From Chloroflexia bacterium (GTDB lineage Bacteria; Chloroflexota; Chloroflexia; Thermomicrobiales; CADCWN01), in NCBI GenBank assembly GCA_046328475.1, contig JAXLWN010000008.1:46532-110531 (forward strand): DNA of 64,000 bases. The letters are read 5' to 3'. The notes under the pieces are model-generated. The model was not told the origin of the DNA. It searched no databases and worked only from the letters and a program-made list of their open reading frames with translations. Of the stretch, positions 35,672-45,151 are shown one piece after another (position 1 is the first letter of the stretch; each line of letters opens with the position of its first letter). The translations under genes were made by a program, and so were the position numbers.

Positions 35672-36283
35672 ATGGCACGCTACCCGAAAGAGCAGAAGGC
35701 GCAGACGCGCGAGCAGATCCTCACCGCCGCCTCGCAGGCGTTCCGCGAGCAGGGCATCGCCGAGGTCAGCATCCCCGCGCTGATGGGCAAGCTTGGCCTG
35801 ACCCACGGCGGCTTCTACGCCCACTTCCCCAGCAAGGACGCCCTCGCCGCCGAGGCCTCCATCCGCCCGCTCCAAAAACGCAGCGCCGAACTGGCGCAGA
35901 TGACGCCCGGCCCCGAGGCGGTGCAGCAGGTCATCGCCGCCTACATCAGCCCCCAGAAGCGCGACAACCCCGCCGATAGCTGCCCGCTCCCCTCCCTCTC
36001 CGGCGAGCTCTCCCGCGCCAACCCCGAGGTCCGCCACACCTACACCGAGGCCCTGCGCACCTACCTCGACCGCATCGGCGACCTCCTCCCGCCCGCCGTC
36101 GCCGAGCGCGCCCCCGACCAGGAACTCGCCCTCGTCGCCAGCATGGTCGGTGCCGTCCTCCTCGCTCGCGCCGTCGACGACCCCGACCTCAGCGACCGCA
36201 TCCTCGCCGCCACCCGGGAGTTCGCCACCAGCGCCTTCGCGAACGCAGAAAATACGGCAACCCCCGTCACCTGCGAGGGGTGA
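35672..36283 (+). CDS. TetR/AcrR-family transcriptional regulator
   Basis: 'REQILTAASQAFREQGIAEVSIPALMGKLGLTHGGFYAHFPSKDAL' is the TetR HTH. Only the last 203 codons of ORF 34028..36283 are genuine. Confidence 0.9.
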   Translation: MARYPKEQKAQTREQILTAASQAFREQGIAEVSIPALMGKLGLTHGGFYAHFPSKDALAAEASIRPLQKRSAELAQMTPGPEAVQQVIAAYISPQKRDNPADSCPLPSLSGELSRANPEVRHTYTEALRTYLDRIGDLLPPAVAERAPDQELALVASMVGAVLLARAVDDPDLSDRILAATREFATSAFANAENTATPVTCEG

Positions 36284-36355
36284 CTCGGTCAGGCGCAACG
36301 AAGGCGAGGCTGTTCGATGCGCCCCGCCTTCGCCTTCATTCACCTGTGGAAGCCC

Positions 36356-38947
36356 TCAACCACCGATCTCGCGCAGCCCGCCCCGGAAGATCGCGTTGAA
36401 GAGCACGCGGTAGGTGCCGCGCGCCTGCGCCCGGAACTGGGCACGAAAGCCGATCAGGATGACGCGACCGGCGGCGAGCGGGATTTCGAGGAGCGCACCC
36501 TTGTTGGCGAGATGCTGCTCGCCCAGGATCCAGCCGCTCAGGTTCGGGTTGCTGAGCGGGTAGCGCGCGACGATCGTGCCCTCCCCGGAGAGCTCGAAGG
36601 CGGGGCTATTGATGAAGACGGCGGTCTCGTCGCGGTGCAGCCCCCAGCCGAGCGGGTGCGCCGGGTCCACGATGATCCGCAGCAGCGAGCCGGGGCAGTA
36701 GAACTCCTTGCGGTCCAGCCCTTCCAGGACATTGCGAACCGGCAACCAGAAGCCCTTCACGACCGCCTCGCAGGCGGCGTCGAGCGCGACGAGGGTACCG
36801 CCCTCCTCCACGAAGGCACGCAGGGCGGCGATGCCAACCTCGCCGAGACCGCCGACGAATTCGGGCGGATACGGCTCCTTGTACTCGTTCTTCTCCTTGT
36901 TCCCTTCCAGGATCTCCTCGCGGCTCTGGTGCGGCAGGACGATCGTATCGAAGCGGGCGCGCAGGTTGCCGTTGCGGATGTCGGCGTCGTGGAGGGTGGT
37001 GTGGGGGAACGCGAACTCCTCCAGGATGAAGCGCGTCCAGCCCTCGTCGATCGCCGGTTTCCAGCTCTGGTAGACGCCGAGGCGCGGCGCGACCTGGTCG
37101 TAGTACGCCGCTTCGTCCAGCGGCACCTCCAGCCCCCGCGCCTCCAGCCCGAGGTCGGCGGCGAGCGCGGCGATGGTGGCGTCCAGCTCCCCGGCCCCAT
37201 CGGTGCGCGGGACGAGGATCGCGCCGGGCGGCAGGCCCAGTTCGGCCAGGCGACCGCGCGAGCGGAAGACGCGCAGCCCGGCGGCGAGCAGGCGATTGAT
37301 CGCGGTCGCTGCGCGATTGGTGGTGGGGGCGAACGCGTACCCGTGCTGCCCGGCCCCCTCGACCGCGCCCGCCAGCCTCCCGCCGCCCGCGAGCGGTCGC
37401 GTCTCCACCTCGAACGGACTCTTCACCTCGACCCAGGCCACGCCCATCTGCAACGGCAGGGTGTGCCCGGCGATGTCGTACGGCGGTTGCGGCGGGCCGT
37501 CGGGCCAGCGGCGCAGGTCGGGGTAGCGCTGGATTTCGAGCAACGTCTTGGCGAAGTTGCCGGCCGGTTGCCGCAGCAGGACGACGCGCGTCCCGGCGTC
37601 ATAGTTGACGCCGTCCGCGACGAAGGGCGCGGTCGCCTCGCCCACCTCGACCGCGCCGCGCACCAGCGTCTCCAGCAGTTCCGCCAGCGCGGCCGGGTCA
37701 TCCTGGCGGGTCGGGAAGAGGTACGCGCAGGGCGGCTCCGCACGCTCAACAGTGCGCCGCATCAGCCCGGCGAACGAGCGCAGCCAGCCCTCGCGGTCGC
37801 GCGCGGCGTGCTCCAGGAAGGCGAAGGCGGCGATCTTGTCGTACTCCACGATGTCGCGCAGCGTCCAGAGCCCGCCCTTCCAGGGGAGCGGCTGGTTCCA
37901 GGTCCGCTTGCGCGGGTCGTAACCATCCCGCACCTTCAGCTCGTCCTCCTTGATCTCCACCGGGGTGGCGAACTTACAGGAGGCGGCCTCGCTGAGCAGA
38001 TCGACGCTGCCGTGATAATTGCCGTAGGCGAGCGAGGGCGAGTAATTGTCGAAGATGATGTGGGTGGCGACGCCCGGCTTGCCCGCCGCCGTCAATTTCG
38101 CCGCAATCGTCGTGCCGACATCGGCGAAACCGGACTGGATGACCGGATCCTGGTTCGGGTCGAGCGGGTCGATGAAGGGCGGCACCATGAAGCGCGCCCC
38201 GTCGCGCATCATCTGGTGCATGTCGAAGACCAGCTGGGGATGCTCGCGATTGTGCAGCGCGGCGACCAGGCGCGTCTCGGCCTGGGTCAGCATGAACCAG
38301 TCGCGGTTGTTGTCGTGGCCGACGTAGCGGTGGTAGAGCTTCGGCATCGGCTGGCCCTCGTAGGGCGTGCCGAGCCAGCGCTCGTACCACTCGACGATCA
38401 TCCGGTGCCCATCGGGGTTGGCGCAGGGGACGATCAGCGTGATCGTGTTGTCGAGGATGGTGCGGGTCGCCGCATCGTCGCGCGTGGCGAGGTCGTGCGC
38501 CAGTTCGAGCGTCATCAGCGCCGCGCCCAGCTCGTTGGAGTGCTGGGTGCAGAGCAGCATCGCCACGCTGCGCCCGGCCGCGATCAGCCCCTCCACCTCC
38601 TCCGGCGGCGTGGCGCGCGGGTCGTAGAGCCGGGCATTGATCGCCCGCAACTCCTCGCGCCGCGCCAGGTTCTCCGGCGCGGCGATCGTCACCAGGATTA
38701 GCGGATTGTCGTCGGTCGTCCGCCCCAGTTCCTCCACCTCGACCCGGTCGGACGCCGCCGCCAGCCGCTGGAAATAGTCCACCATCAGCGGCCAGTCGGG
38801 AATCTTCCGCTCCGCGCCGACCGGATACCCGAACACCTCCTCCGGCGAAGGAATCCCACCCGCCTCCTGCTCCGCCACAACCTGCTCTTCCGCCACCACT
38901 CCCCCCACCCCATCCAACCCACCATCAAGACGGCGCAACGTTACCAC
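36356..38947 (-). CDS. M14-family zinc carboxypeptidase-like protein with a large C-terminal extension
   Basis: 'LLCTQHSNELGAA' (HxxE zinc site), 'VPCANPDGH' and 'HDNNRDW'. The start is uncertain, with several in-frame GTGs downstream of 38947. Confidence 0.8.
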   Translation of the reverse strand: MVTLRRLDGGLDGVGGVVAEEQVVAEQEAGGIPSPEEVFGYPVGAERKIPDWPLMVDYFQRLAAASDRVEVEELGRTTDDNPLILVTIAAPENLARREELRAINARLYDPRATPPEEVEGLIAAGRSVAMLLCTQHSNELGAALMTLELAHDLATRDDAATRTILDNTITLIVPCANPDGHRMIVEWYERWLGTPYEGQPMPKLYHRYVGHDNNRDWFMLTQAETRLVAALHNREHPQLVFDMHQMMRDGARFMVPPFIDPLDPNQDPVIQSGFADVGTTIAAKLTAAGKPGVATHIIFDNYSPSLAYGNYHGSVDLLSEAASCKFATPVEIKEDELKVRDGYDPRKRTWNQPLPWKGGLWTLRDIVEYDKIAAFAFLEHAARDREGWLRSFAGLMRRTVERAEPPCAYLFPTRQDDPAALAELLETLVRGAVEVGEATAPFVADGVNYDAGTRVVLLRQPAGNFAKTLLEIQRYPDLRRWPDGPPQPPYDIAGHTLPLQMGVAWVEVKSPFEVETRPLAGGGRLAGAVEGAGQHGYAFAPTTNRAATAINRLLAAGLRVFRSRGRLAELGLPPGAILVPRTDGAGELDATIAALAADLGLEARGLEVPLDEAAYYDQVAPRLGVYQSWKPAIDEGWTRFILEEFAFPHTTLHDADIRNGNLRARFDTIVLPHQSREEILEGNKEKNEYKEPYPPEFVGGLGEVGIAALRAFVEEGGTLVALDAACEAVVKGFWLPVRNVLEGLDRKEFYCPGSLLRIIVDPAHPLGWGLHRDETAVFINSPAFELSGEGTIVARYPLSNPNLSGWILGEQHLANKGALLEIPLAAGRVILIGFRAQFRAQARGTYRVLFNAIFRGGLREIGG

Positions 38948-39054
38948 ATCGGGCTACAGCATCGGATCCTGCGCAAATTTCAACCACGAGGTCTTTGCCA
39001 GCGAGGCATACCGCCTGACTGCCCGGCATCTTGACACCCAATCGTTCCCTCTCA

Positions 39055-39209
39055 GCGTCCTCTGCGTCCTCTGCGGCAAAAATCGTCCCTCTTCATCCTC
39101 GTCTCTGCGTCGTTCTCTGCGTCCCCGCGCCTCTGCGGTCTTCGTTCTCCCTTCTCTCTTCTCTCTTCTCTCCTCACCCCTCGTCCTTGGCGTCCTTGGC
39201 GTCTTGGCG
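39055..39209. repeat. Mosaic of short tandem repeats (9-mers and heptamers)
   Basis: (GCGTCCTCT)x2 around 39055-39075, (TTCTCTC)x3 around 39151-39172, and (GTCCTTGGC)x3 at 39183-39209. Confidence 0.8.
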
Positions 39210-39321
39210 GTTCACCCGTCCCTCTCCCCGCTTCGCAAACCGCGCCCCACCCGGCTAAAATTGCGCCAAGAACAGACCGCCGCGACGACAGCGGCGAGAT
39301 TCACCATTGGGGAGGGATGCG

Positions 39322-40497
39322 ATGCGGCTGGCAAGCAGGATGTCACGGCTTGGGACAGAGACCGCCTTCTCGGTACTCGCAAAGGCGCGGGCACTGGAAG
39401 CGCAAGGGCGCGAGATCATCCACCTGCAGATCGGCGAACCCGATTTCGACACCCCCGAGAACGTGATCGCGGCGGGCGTCAAAGCCCTGCAAACCGGGCA
39501 GACCCACTACACCCCCGCAGCGGGCATCCCCCAACTGCGGCAGGCCATCGCCGACGATGTTGCGTCATCGCGCGGCATCAAGGTTGACCCGGGGCAGGTC
39601 GTGGTCACCCCCGGCGGCAAGCCGATCATGTTCTTCGTCATCCTCGCCCTGATCGAGCGCGGCGACGAAGTGCTGATGCCAAACCCCTCCTTCCCGATCT
39701 ACGAATCGATGGTCAACTTCGTCGGCGGCACCCCCGTCTTCGTGCCGCTGCGCCAGGAGAACAACTTCCGCTTCGACCTCGACGAGTTCAAGGCGGGCCT
39801 CTCCGACCGGACGAAGCTCGTCATCCTCAACTCCCCCGCCAACCCGACCGGCGGCGTCCTCACCCCCGAGGACATCGCCGCGCTGGCCAACATCCTCCGC
39901 GACCGCCCCGACATCATGATCCTCAGCGACGAGATCTACTGCCGCCTGCTCTACAGCGGCAAGTTCGCCTCGATCGCCTCCGAGCCCGGCATGGCCGAGC
40001 GCACGATCATCCTCGACGGCTTCTCCAAGACCTACGCCATGACCGGCTGGCGGCTCGGCTACGGCGTCATGCCGAAGGAGCTGGCCGACGTCGTCGCCAC
40101 CTTGCAGGTCAACTCCAACTCCTGCGTCAACGCCGCCACCCAGTGGGCCGGACTGGAAGCGATCACCGGCCCGCAGCAGAGCGTCGCCGACATGCTCACC
40201 GAGTTCCGCGCCCGCCGCGACCTGATCGTCGGCGGCCTCAACGAGCTCCCCGGCGTCGAGTGCGCCACCCCGGAAGGGGCCTTCTACGCCTTCCCCCGCA
40301 TCACCGGCACCGGCTTCGCCTCCGACACCCTCGCCGACCTCCTGCTGAACGAAGCCGGCGTCGCCTGCCTCTCCGGCACCGCCTTCGGCCAGTACGGCGA
40401 AGGCCACCTCCGCTTCTCCTACGCCAACTCCCGCGAGAACATCATGAAAGCCATCGACCGCATGGGCGACGTGCTGACGAAGGCTGGCGCACGCTAG
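39322..40497 (+). CDS. Class I/II PLP-dependent (aspartate-type) aminotransferase
   Basis: RBS GGGGAGGG. Contains 'IHLQIGEPDFDTP' and 'SKTYAMTGWRLGY' (PLP lysine). Confidence 0.9.
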   Translation: MRLASRMSRLGTETAFSVLAKARALEAQGREIIHLQIGEPDFDTPENVIAAGVKALQTGQTHYTPAAGIPQLRQAIADDVASSRGIKVDPGQVVVTPGGKPIMFFVILALIERGDEVLMPNPSFPIYESMVNFVGGTPVFVPLRQENNFRFDLDEFKAGLSDRTKLVILNSPANPTGGVLTPEDIAALANILRDRPDIMILSDEIYCRLLYSGKFASIASEPGMAERTIILDGFSKTYAMTGWRLGYGVMPKELADVVATLQVNSNSCVNAATQWAGLEAITGPQQSVADMLTEFRARRDLIVGGLNELPGVECATPEGAFYAFPRITGTGFASDTLADLLLNEAGVACLSGTAFGQYGEGHLRFSYANSRENIMKAIDRMGDVLTKAGAR

Positions 40498-40532
40498 AAG
40501 TACGAACGACGAAGTACGAAGTACGAACTGAG
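40498..40532 (+). repeat. (GAAGTAC)-type heptamer array
   Basis: 'gaagtacgaacgacgaagtacgaagtacgaactga', starting at the aminotransferase stop codon. Confidence 0.85.
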
Positions 40533-40562
40533 GGGCCGATCACTTGCACAGTGATCGGCCCC
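40532..40562 (+). terminator. Hairpin after the aminotransferase gene
   Basis: A 13-bp stem, GGGGCCGATCACT with AGTGATCGGCCCC, and a 5-nt loop. There is no U-tract. Confidence 0.45.
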
Positions 40563-40606
40563 TCCCTCGCTCACACCTTCAAGGCAACCTGTCGAAGAAC
40601 CACCTG

Positions 40607-40676
40607 CCCGAGCCCGCGCAGGCGGGCTTTGCGGCGACCCGCAGGTCGCCTTCAGCCCAGGGTTTCAACCCTCGGG
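40607..40676. repeat. REP-like family B copy
   Basis: 'cccgagcccgcgcaggcgggctttgcggcgacccgcaggtcgccttcagcccagggtttcaaccctcggg'. Confidence 0.8.
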
Positions 40677-40760
40677 CACCCCCGCCACGGGGCACGCACC
40701 ACATCCCCAGGGCCTCTCACACCCGCCACGGGCCACCCACCTCGGCCCCCACCTCACCAC

Positions 40761-40797
40761 GTCGTCATTCGTCATTCGTACTTCGTACTTCGTACTT
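40761..40797 (-). repeat. (GTCATTC)x2 + (GTACTTC)x2-3, mirror image of the array at 40498
   Basis: 'gtcgtcattcgtcattcgtacttcgtacttcgtactt', abutting the stop of the dehydrogenase gene. It reads GAAGTAC in that gene's sense direction. Confidence 0.85.
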
Positions 40798-41815
40798 ACC
40801 CCTTCGCCTTCGCCCTTACCGCCACGTCCTCCCACACCTCGGGATTCAGAAGATAGGGCGGTCGCTCACCATTCAGCACCTGCAACACCTGCGTCGCCGC
40901 CGAGATCGCCAGCTCCCGCCGCGCCAGCGCCGTCAACCCCGCCGTGTGCGGCGTCACGATTAGATTGTCGAGGTCATAGATCGCGCTATCGGTCGCCGGC
41001 GGCTCCATCTCGTACACATCGAGCGCCGCGCCCCGGATCCAGTGCTCGCTCAGCGCCTTGACCAGCGCCGCCTGCTGCACCACCGGCCCGCGCGACGTAT
41101 TGACGAGGATCGCGTCCGGCTTCATCTGCCGCAATTGCTCCTCGCCGATCATCCCGCGCGACCCCGCGTTCAACTCCGGGTGGCAGGTGACCACATCCGC
41201 CTCGCGCAGCAGATCGGCCAACTCCGGCACCATTGTCACCCCCAGCTCGGCCACCTCCTCCGCCGCAACATAGGGGTCGTACCCGATCACCTTCATGTTG
41301 AACGCCGCGATGCACTTGCGCGCGACCTCCCGCCCGATGCTCCCGAGCCCGATCACCCCGAGCGTGTGCCCCTCCAGCTCGATCCGCCGCGACAGATGCC
41401 GGTCCTCCCAGCCCTCCCGCCGCCGTCGCCGGGCGCGCACATCGTCGCGCGTCACCTCCTTGGCCAGATCGAGGATCAGCGCCAGCGTGTGCTCCGACAC
41501 CGGCACCTTCCCCAGCCCCGGATTATTGACGACCGCGATCCCCTGCTCCGTCGCCTCGTGAATATCGATCGAATCGGTCCCCCGCCCCGACGTGCTGGCG
41601 ATCAGCAGATGCCGCGCCGCGCGCAACACCGGCGCTCGCAGCTTCGCCGGGTAGCGCACGATCGCCGCATCGGCATCCGCGATCGCCGCCATCAACTCCG
41701 ACTCGCTCGCATCGCTGGCGATCACCACCTCCGCGTGCTCGCGCAGCAGCGCCTCGCCATCGGGGTGATACATCGTCTCGATCAGCAACACCTTGGGGCG
41801 GCGGGTATCCGACAT
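40796..41815 (-). CDS. D-isomer-specific 2-hydroxyacid dehydrogenase (PGDH-like)
   Basis: Start 'MSDTRRPKVLLIE'. Contains 'LGVIGLGSIGREVARK' (NAD fold), 'NTSRG' and 'TPHTAG'. Confidence 0.9.
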   Translation of the reverse strand: MSDTRRPKVLLIETMYHPDGEALLREHAEVVIASDASESELMAAIADADAAIVRYPAKLRAPVLRAARHLLIASTSGRGTDSIDIHEATEQGIAVVNNPGLGKVPVSEHTLALILDLAKEVTRDDVRARRRRREGWEDRHLSRRIELEGHTLGVIGLGSIGREVARKCIAAFNMKVIGYDPYVAAEEVAELGVTMVPELADLLREADVVTCHPELNAGSRGMIGEEQLRQMKPDAILVNTSRGPVVQQAALVKALSEHWIRGAALDVYEMEPPATDSAIYDLDNLIVTPHTAGLTALARRELAISAATQVLQVLNGERPPYLLNPEVWEDVAVRAKAKG

Positions 41816-42369
41816 CAGCACAGCTCCTTTCAGCTCTCCCACAAACCGAGTCCCCTGACCCGGTTCACAATGCAACTCTCACAGCATCAGCGCTCGTCAA
41901 GCGAGCCTATCCTATCAGATACCAAGCCCCCACCGACGATCCTTGTCTTCTCCACCTCCAATCTGCCAATTTTCCCCCAACCTGGCATGGTTCGCCCCTC
42001 CCGCCGGGTAGATAGAGGTAGGGGCGACGCGCTACGCCGCCCGCGCAGCCCCGCCACCCGGCATCCCGCTCGCCACCCGTCTCGTAGGGGCGCGTCGCGT
42101 CGCGCCCGCGCGGGAACGGCACCCGCACCGCTTCAACCACACCCGATCCACACCACGGAGGAGGCCCACCATGCCCACCACCGCTCACCTTCGCCACTCG
42201 TCAAAGTCCCCCACATGTGGGGGATGTAGGGGGGCCTTGCCTTTGCCAGCCACCCGCACCAGGCCATAAGGGGAAGAAAGAAAGAAAGTTAAAAACCGCA
42301 AATCAAACCTACTTTTCGCCACGTAAGCGCGCCACCTCGCTTACACCATTACACGCGTACACCCCAACA

Positions 42370-42409
42370 CCCCCACGCCCCCACGCCCTCACGCCCCCAC
42401 GCCCCCACA
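42370..42409. repeat. (CCCCCACG)x5 octamer array
   Basis: Units at 42370, 42378, 42386 (CCCTCACG), 42394 and 42402 (CCCCCACA). Confidence 0.85.
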
Positions 42410-42491
42410 CCCCGCCCCGGTGATAGAATGCCCAGGCGGTTCCCATCGGAATCGCCGAAATGACGGAGCATCACCGAGGTCAGGGGGCAGA

Positions 42492-43526
42492 ATGGGGGCG
42501 ACGCAAGGCGGCACGGTGCGCTTCGGCGTGATCGGGCTCAACCACGACCACATCTACGGCATGGTGCGGACACTGCTCGACGCGGGCGCGGAGATCGTCT
42601 CCTTCCACGCCCCCGAGGACGAGCTCGCCCTCCCCTTCGCCGAGCGCTACCCGCAAGCACGCCGGGTCGATTCGCGCGCCGCCATCTACGAGGACGACTC
42701 GCTGCAGCTGATCGTCAGCGCCGCCATCGCGGACGAGCGCGGCCCGATCGGCGTCGCCGCGATGCAGCACGGCAAGGACTACCTCAGCGACAAGCCCGGC
42801 TTCACCACCCTGCTGCAACTCGACGAGGCGAAGCGCGCCCAGGAGGCGACCGGCCGCATCCACAGCGTCTTCTACGGCGAGCGCTTCGAGAACCGCGCCA
42901 CCGTGCGCGCGGGCGAACTGGTAAAGGCCGGGGCGATCGGGCGACCCTTGCAGACCATCGGCCTGGGGCCGCATCGGCTGCGCGCCCACACCCGGCCCGA
43001 CTGGTTCTTCGACAAGGCCCGCTTCGGCGGCATCATCTGCGACATCGCCTCCCACCAGATGGACCAGTTCCTCTTCTTCACCGGCTCCACCGCCGCCGAG
43101 GTCGCCCTCTCCCAGGTCGGCAACCTCGCCCACCCGCAGTGGCCCGCGTTCGAAGACTTCGGTGACGTGGTCCTGCGCGGCAACGGCGGCACCGGCTACG
43201 TCCGCGTCGATTGGTTCACCCCCGACGGCCTGGAGACCTGGGGCGACACCCGCCTGACCGTGCTCGGCACCGAAGGCTTCATCGAGGTGCGGAAGAACTG
43301 CGACATCGCCGGCCGCCCCGGCTCCAACCACGTCTTCCTGATCGACGGCAAGGAGACGCGCTACATCGAGAGCGCCGACGTCGAGCTCCCGTTCGGCCGC
43401 CTCTTCCTCGCCGACATCCTCAACCGCACCGACACCGCCATGACCCAGGCCCACTGCTTCCTCGCCTCCGAACTCGCCCTGCGCGCCCAGGCCCAGGCAC
43501 GCCCGATCGAGGGCAAGCGCAATTGA
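42492..43526 (+). CDS. Gfo/Idh/MocA-family oxidoreductase
   Basis: N-terminal Rossmann 'VRFGVIGLNHDHIYGM' plus a C-terminal alpha/beta domain. Confidence 0.85.
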   Translation: MGATQGGTVRFGVIGLNHDHIYGMVRTLLDAGAEIVSFHAPEDELALPFAERYPQARRVDSRAAIYEDDSLQLIVSAAIADERGPIGVAAMQHGKDYLSDKPGFTTLLQLDEAKRAQEATGRIHSVFYGERFENRATVRAGELVKAGAIGRPLQTIGLGPHRLRAHTRPDWFFDKARFGGIICDIASHQMDQFLFFTGSTAAEVALSQVGNLAHPQWPAFEDFGDVVLRGNGGTGYVRVDWFTPDGLETWGDTRLTVLGTEGFIEVRKNCDIAGRPGSNHVFLIDGKETRYIESADVELPFGRLFLADILNRTDTAMTQAHCFLASELALRAQAQARPIEGKRN

Positions 43527-43536
43527 GTTCAGGGTT

Positions 43537-43609
43537 ACGGTTCGAAGGTTCGAAGGTTTGAAAGTTCACCGCCCAACCTTCGAACCTTCGAACCTTCGAA
43601 CTTTCGAAC
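43537..43609. repeat. GGTTCGAA-type inverted tandem tract
   Basis: 'acggttcgaaggttcgaaggtttgaaagttcacc' faces 'caaccttcgaaccttcgaaccttcgaactttcgaac'. Confidence 0.85.
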
Positions 43610-43629
43610 AAATCCAGCATGGAGTACCC

Positions 43630-44709
43630 ATGACCACCACCTCCCCCCAGCCATTACGCATCGCGGTCGTCGGCTGCGGCATCGGCCGCTCCCACGTCCG
43701 CGCCTACAAGACCCTCGAAGCGCGCTTCGACCTCACCACCATCTGCGACATCGACGGGCCGAAGGCCGAGGCGCTCGCCGAGGAGTACGGCGTCCCGCAC
43801 GTCATCACCAGCCTCGATGATCTCTGCCGCCGGGACGATATCGACGTGATCGACATCTGCACGCCCCCGCACCTCCACTTCGCGCAGATCAGGCAGGTGC
43901 TGGCGGCGGGCAAGCACGCCATCTGCGAGAAGCCGCTCGTCGGCTCGCTGAAGGACGCCGACGCGCTGATTGCGGATGAAGCCGCCTCCGGTCGCCGCCT
44001 GATGCCGATCTTCCAGTACCGCTTCGGCCACGGCCTCCAGAAATTGAAATTCCTCCAGGCCGAGGGCCTGACCGGCCTCCCCTACCAGGCGACCGTCGAG
44101 ACCGCCTGGCGGCGTCGCCCCGAGTATTACGATGTACCCTGGCGCGGCAAGTGGGCCACCGAGCTCGGCGGCGCGCTGCTCGGCCACGCCATCCACGCCC
44201 ACGATCTCCTCTGCTACATCCTCGGCCCGGTCAAGAGCGTCTTCGCCCGCGCCACCACCCGCGTCAACGCGATCGAGGTGGAGGACACCGCCGCGATCGC
44301 CCTGGAGATGGCGAACGGCGCGCTCGCCTCGCTCAGCGTCACGCTCGGCTCCTCGGCCGAGATCAGCCGCCACCGCTTCACCTTCCAGAACCTCTCCGCC
44401 GAGAGCAACACCCGCCCCTACACCAACAGCGGCGACCCCTGGACCTTCACCGGCGACTCGCCCGAACTCGCCGCCAGGATCGACGACGCCCTGGCCCGCT
44501 TCAACCCGCTCCCCGAGAGCTACGCCGGCCAGTTCTACCGCTTCTACGAGGCCCTGGAGACCGGCGGCGAACTCCCCGTCACCCTCGCCGACGCCCGCGC
44601 CTCGCTCGAACTGATCACCGCCCTCTACCACTCGGCCCAGACCGGCCAGCCGGTCGCACTCCCGATCGGCCCGGACCACCCGAAGTATGCAAGCTGGCTG
44701 CCCGCGTAA
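43630..44709 (+). CDS. Gfo/Idh/MocA-family oxidoreductase
   Basis: 'LRIAVVGCGIGRSHVRAY...AICEKPL'. Confidence 0.85.
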   Translation: MTTTSPQPLRIAVVGCGIGRSHVRAYKTLEARFDLTTICDIDGPKAEALAEEYGVPHVITSLDDLCRRDDIDVIDICTPPHLHFAQIRQVLAAGKHAICEKPLVGSLKDADALIADEAASGRRLMPIFQYRFGHGLQKLKFLQAEGLTGLPYQATVETAWRRRPEYYDVPWRGKWATELGGALLGHAIHAHDLLCYILGPVKSVFARATTRVNAIEVEDTAAIALEMANGALASLSVTLGSSAEISRHRFTFQNLSAESNTRPYTNSGDPWTFTGDSPELAARIDDALARFNPLPESYAGQFYRFYEALETGGELPVTLADARASLELITALYHSAQTGQPVALPIGPDHPKYASWLPA

Positions 44710-44736
44710 CGCGCAGCACAACCCGGGAAGGTAAGC

Positions 44737-45129
44737 ATGGCAAGCGAGCCGCAGCCCAAGGCGAGTCCAGTGGTCGATCTCCTGGCGACACTCCAGGCCA
44801 GCGCCGTGCAGGGCGCGATCTGGTCCCACGCGGGCAACGACCTCAACGCCAACCTCGTCCGACTCGACGCGGGCGAGAGCGTGGGCGGCCACGTCAACGG
44901 CGAGGTTGACGTGCTCCTCATCGGGCTGCTCGGCGCGGGCACGGTGGAACTGGATGGACAGTCGCATCGCGTCGGGCCAGGGCAGTTAGTCATCCTGCCG
45001 AAGGGCACGCTCCGCGCGATCGAAGCGGGCGAGGAGGGCTTCGCCTACCTCACCTGCCACCGTCGCCGCCCCGGCCTCTGGCCCGAGAACCGCGCCCGCC
45101 CGGCGTCGGGCAACACATCCATCGGCTGA
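44737..45129 (+). CDS. Cupin-domain protein
   Basis: 130 aa with 'GGHVNGEVDVLLIGLLGAGTVELDGQSHRVGPGQLVILPKG', a cupin beta-barrel pattern. Confidence 0.7.
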   Translation: MASEPQPKASPVVDLLATLQASAVQGAIWSHAGNDLNANLVRLDAGESVGGHVNGEVDVLLIGLLGAGTVELDGQSHRVGPGQLVILPKGTLRAIEAGEEGFAYLTCHRRRPGLWPENRARPASGNTSIG

Positions 45130-45151
45130 TCAGCACCAGCGAGGGGGAAGG

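Noticed and set aside
39031-39036. TTGACA as a -35 box for the aminotransferase gene.
   Set aside because: There is no acceptable -10 hexamer 16-19 nt downstream, and the site is nearly 300 nt from the start codon.
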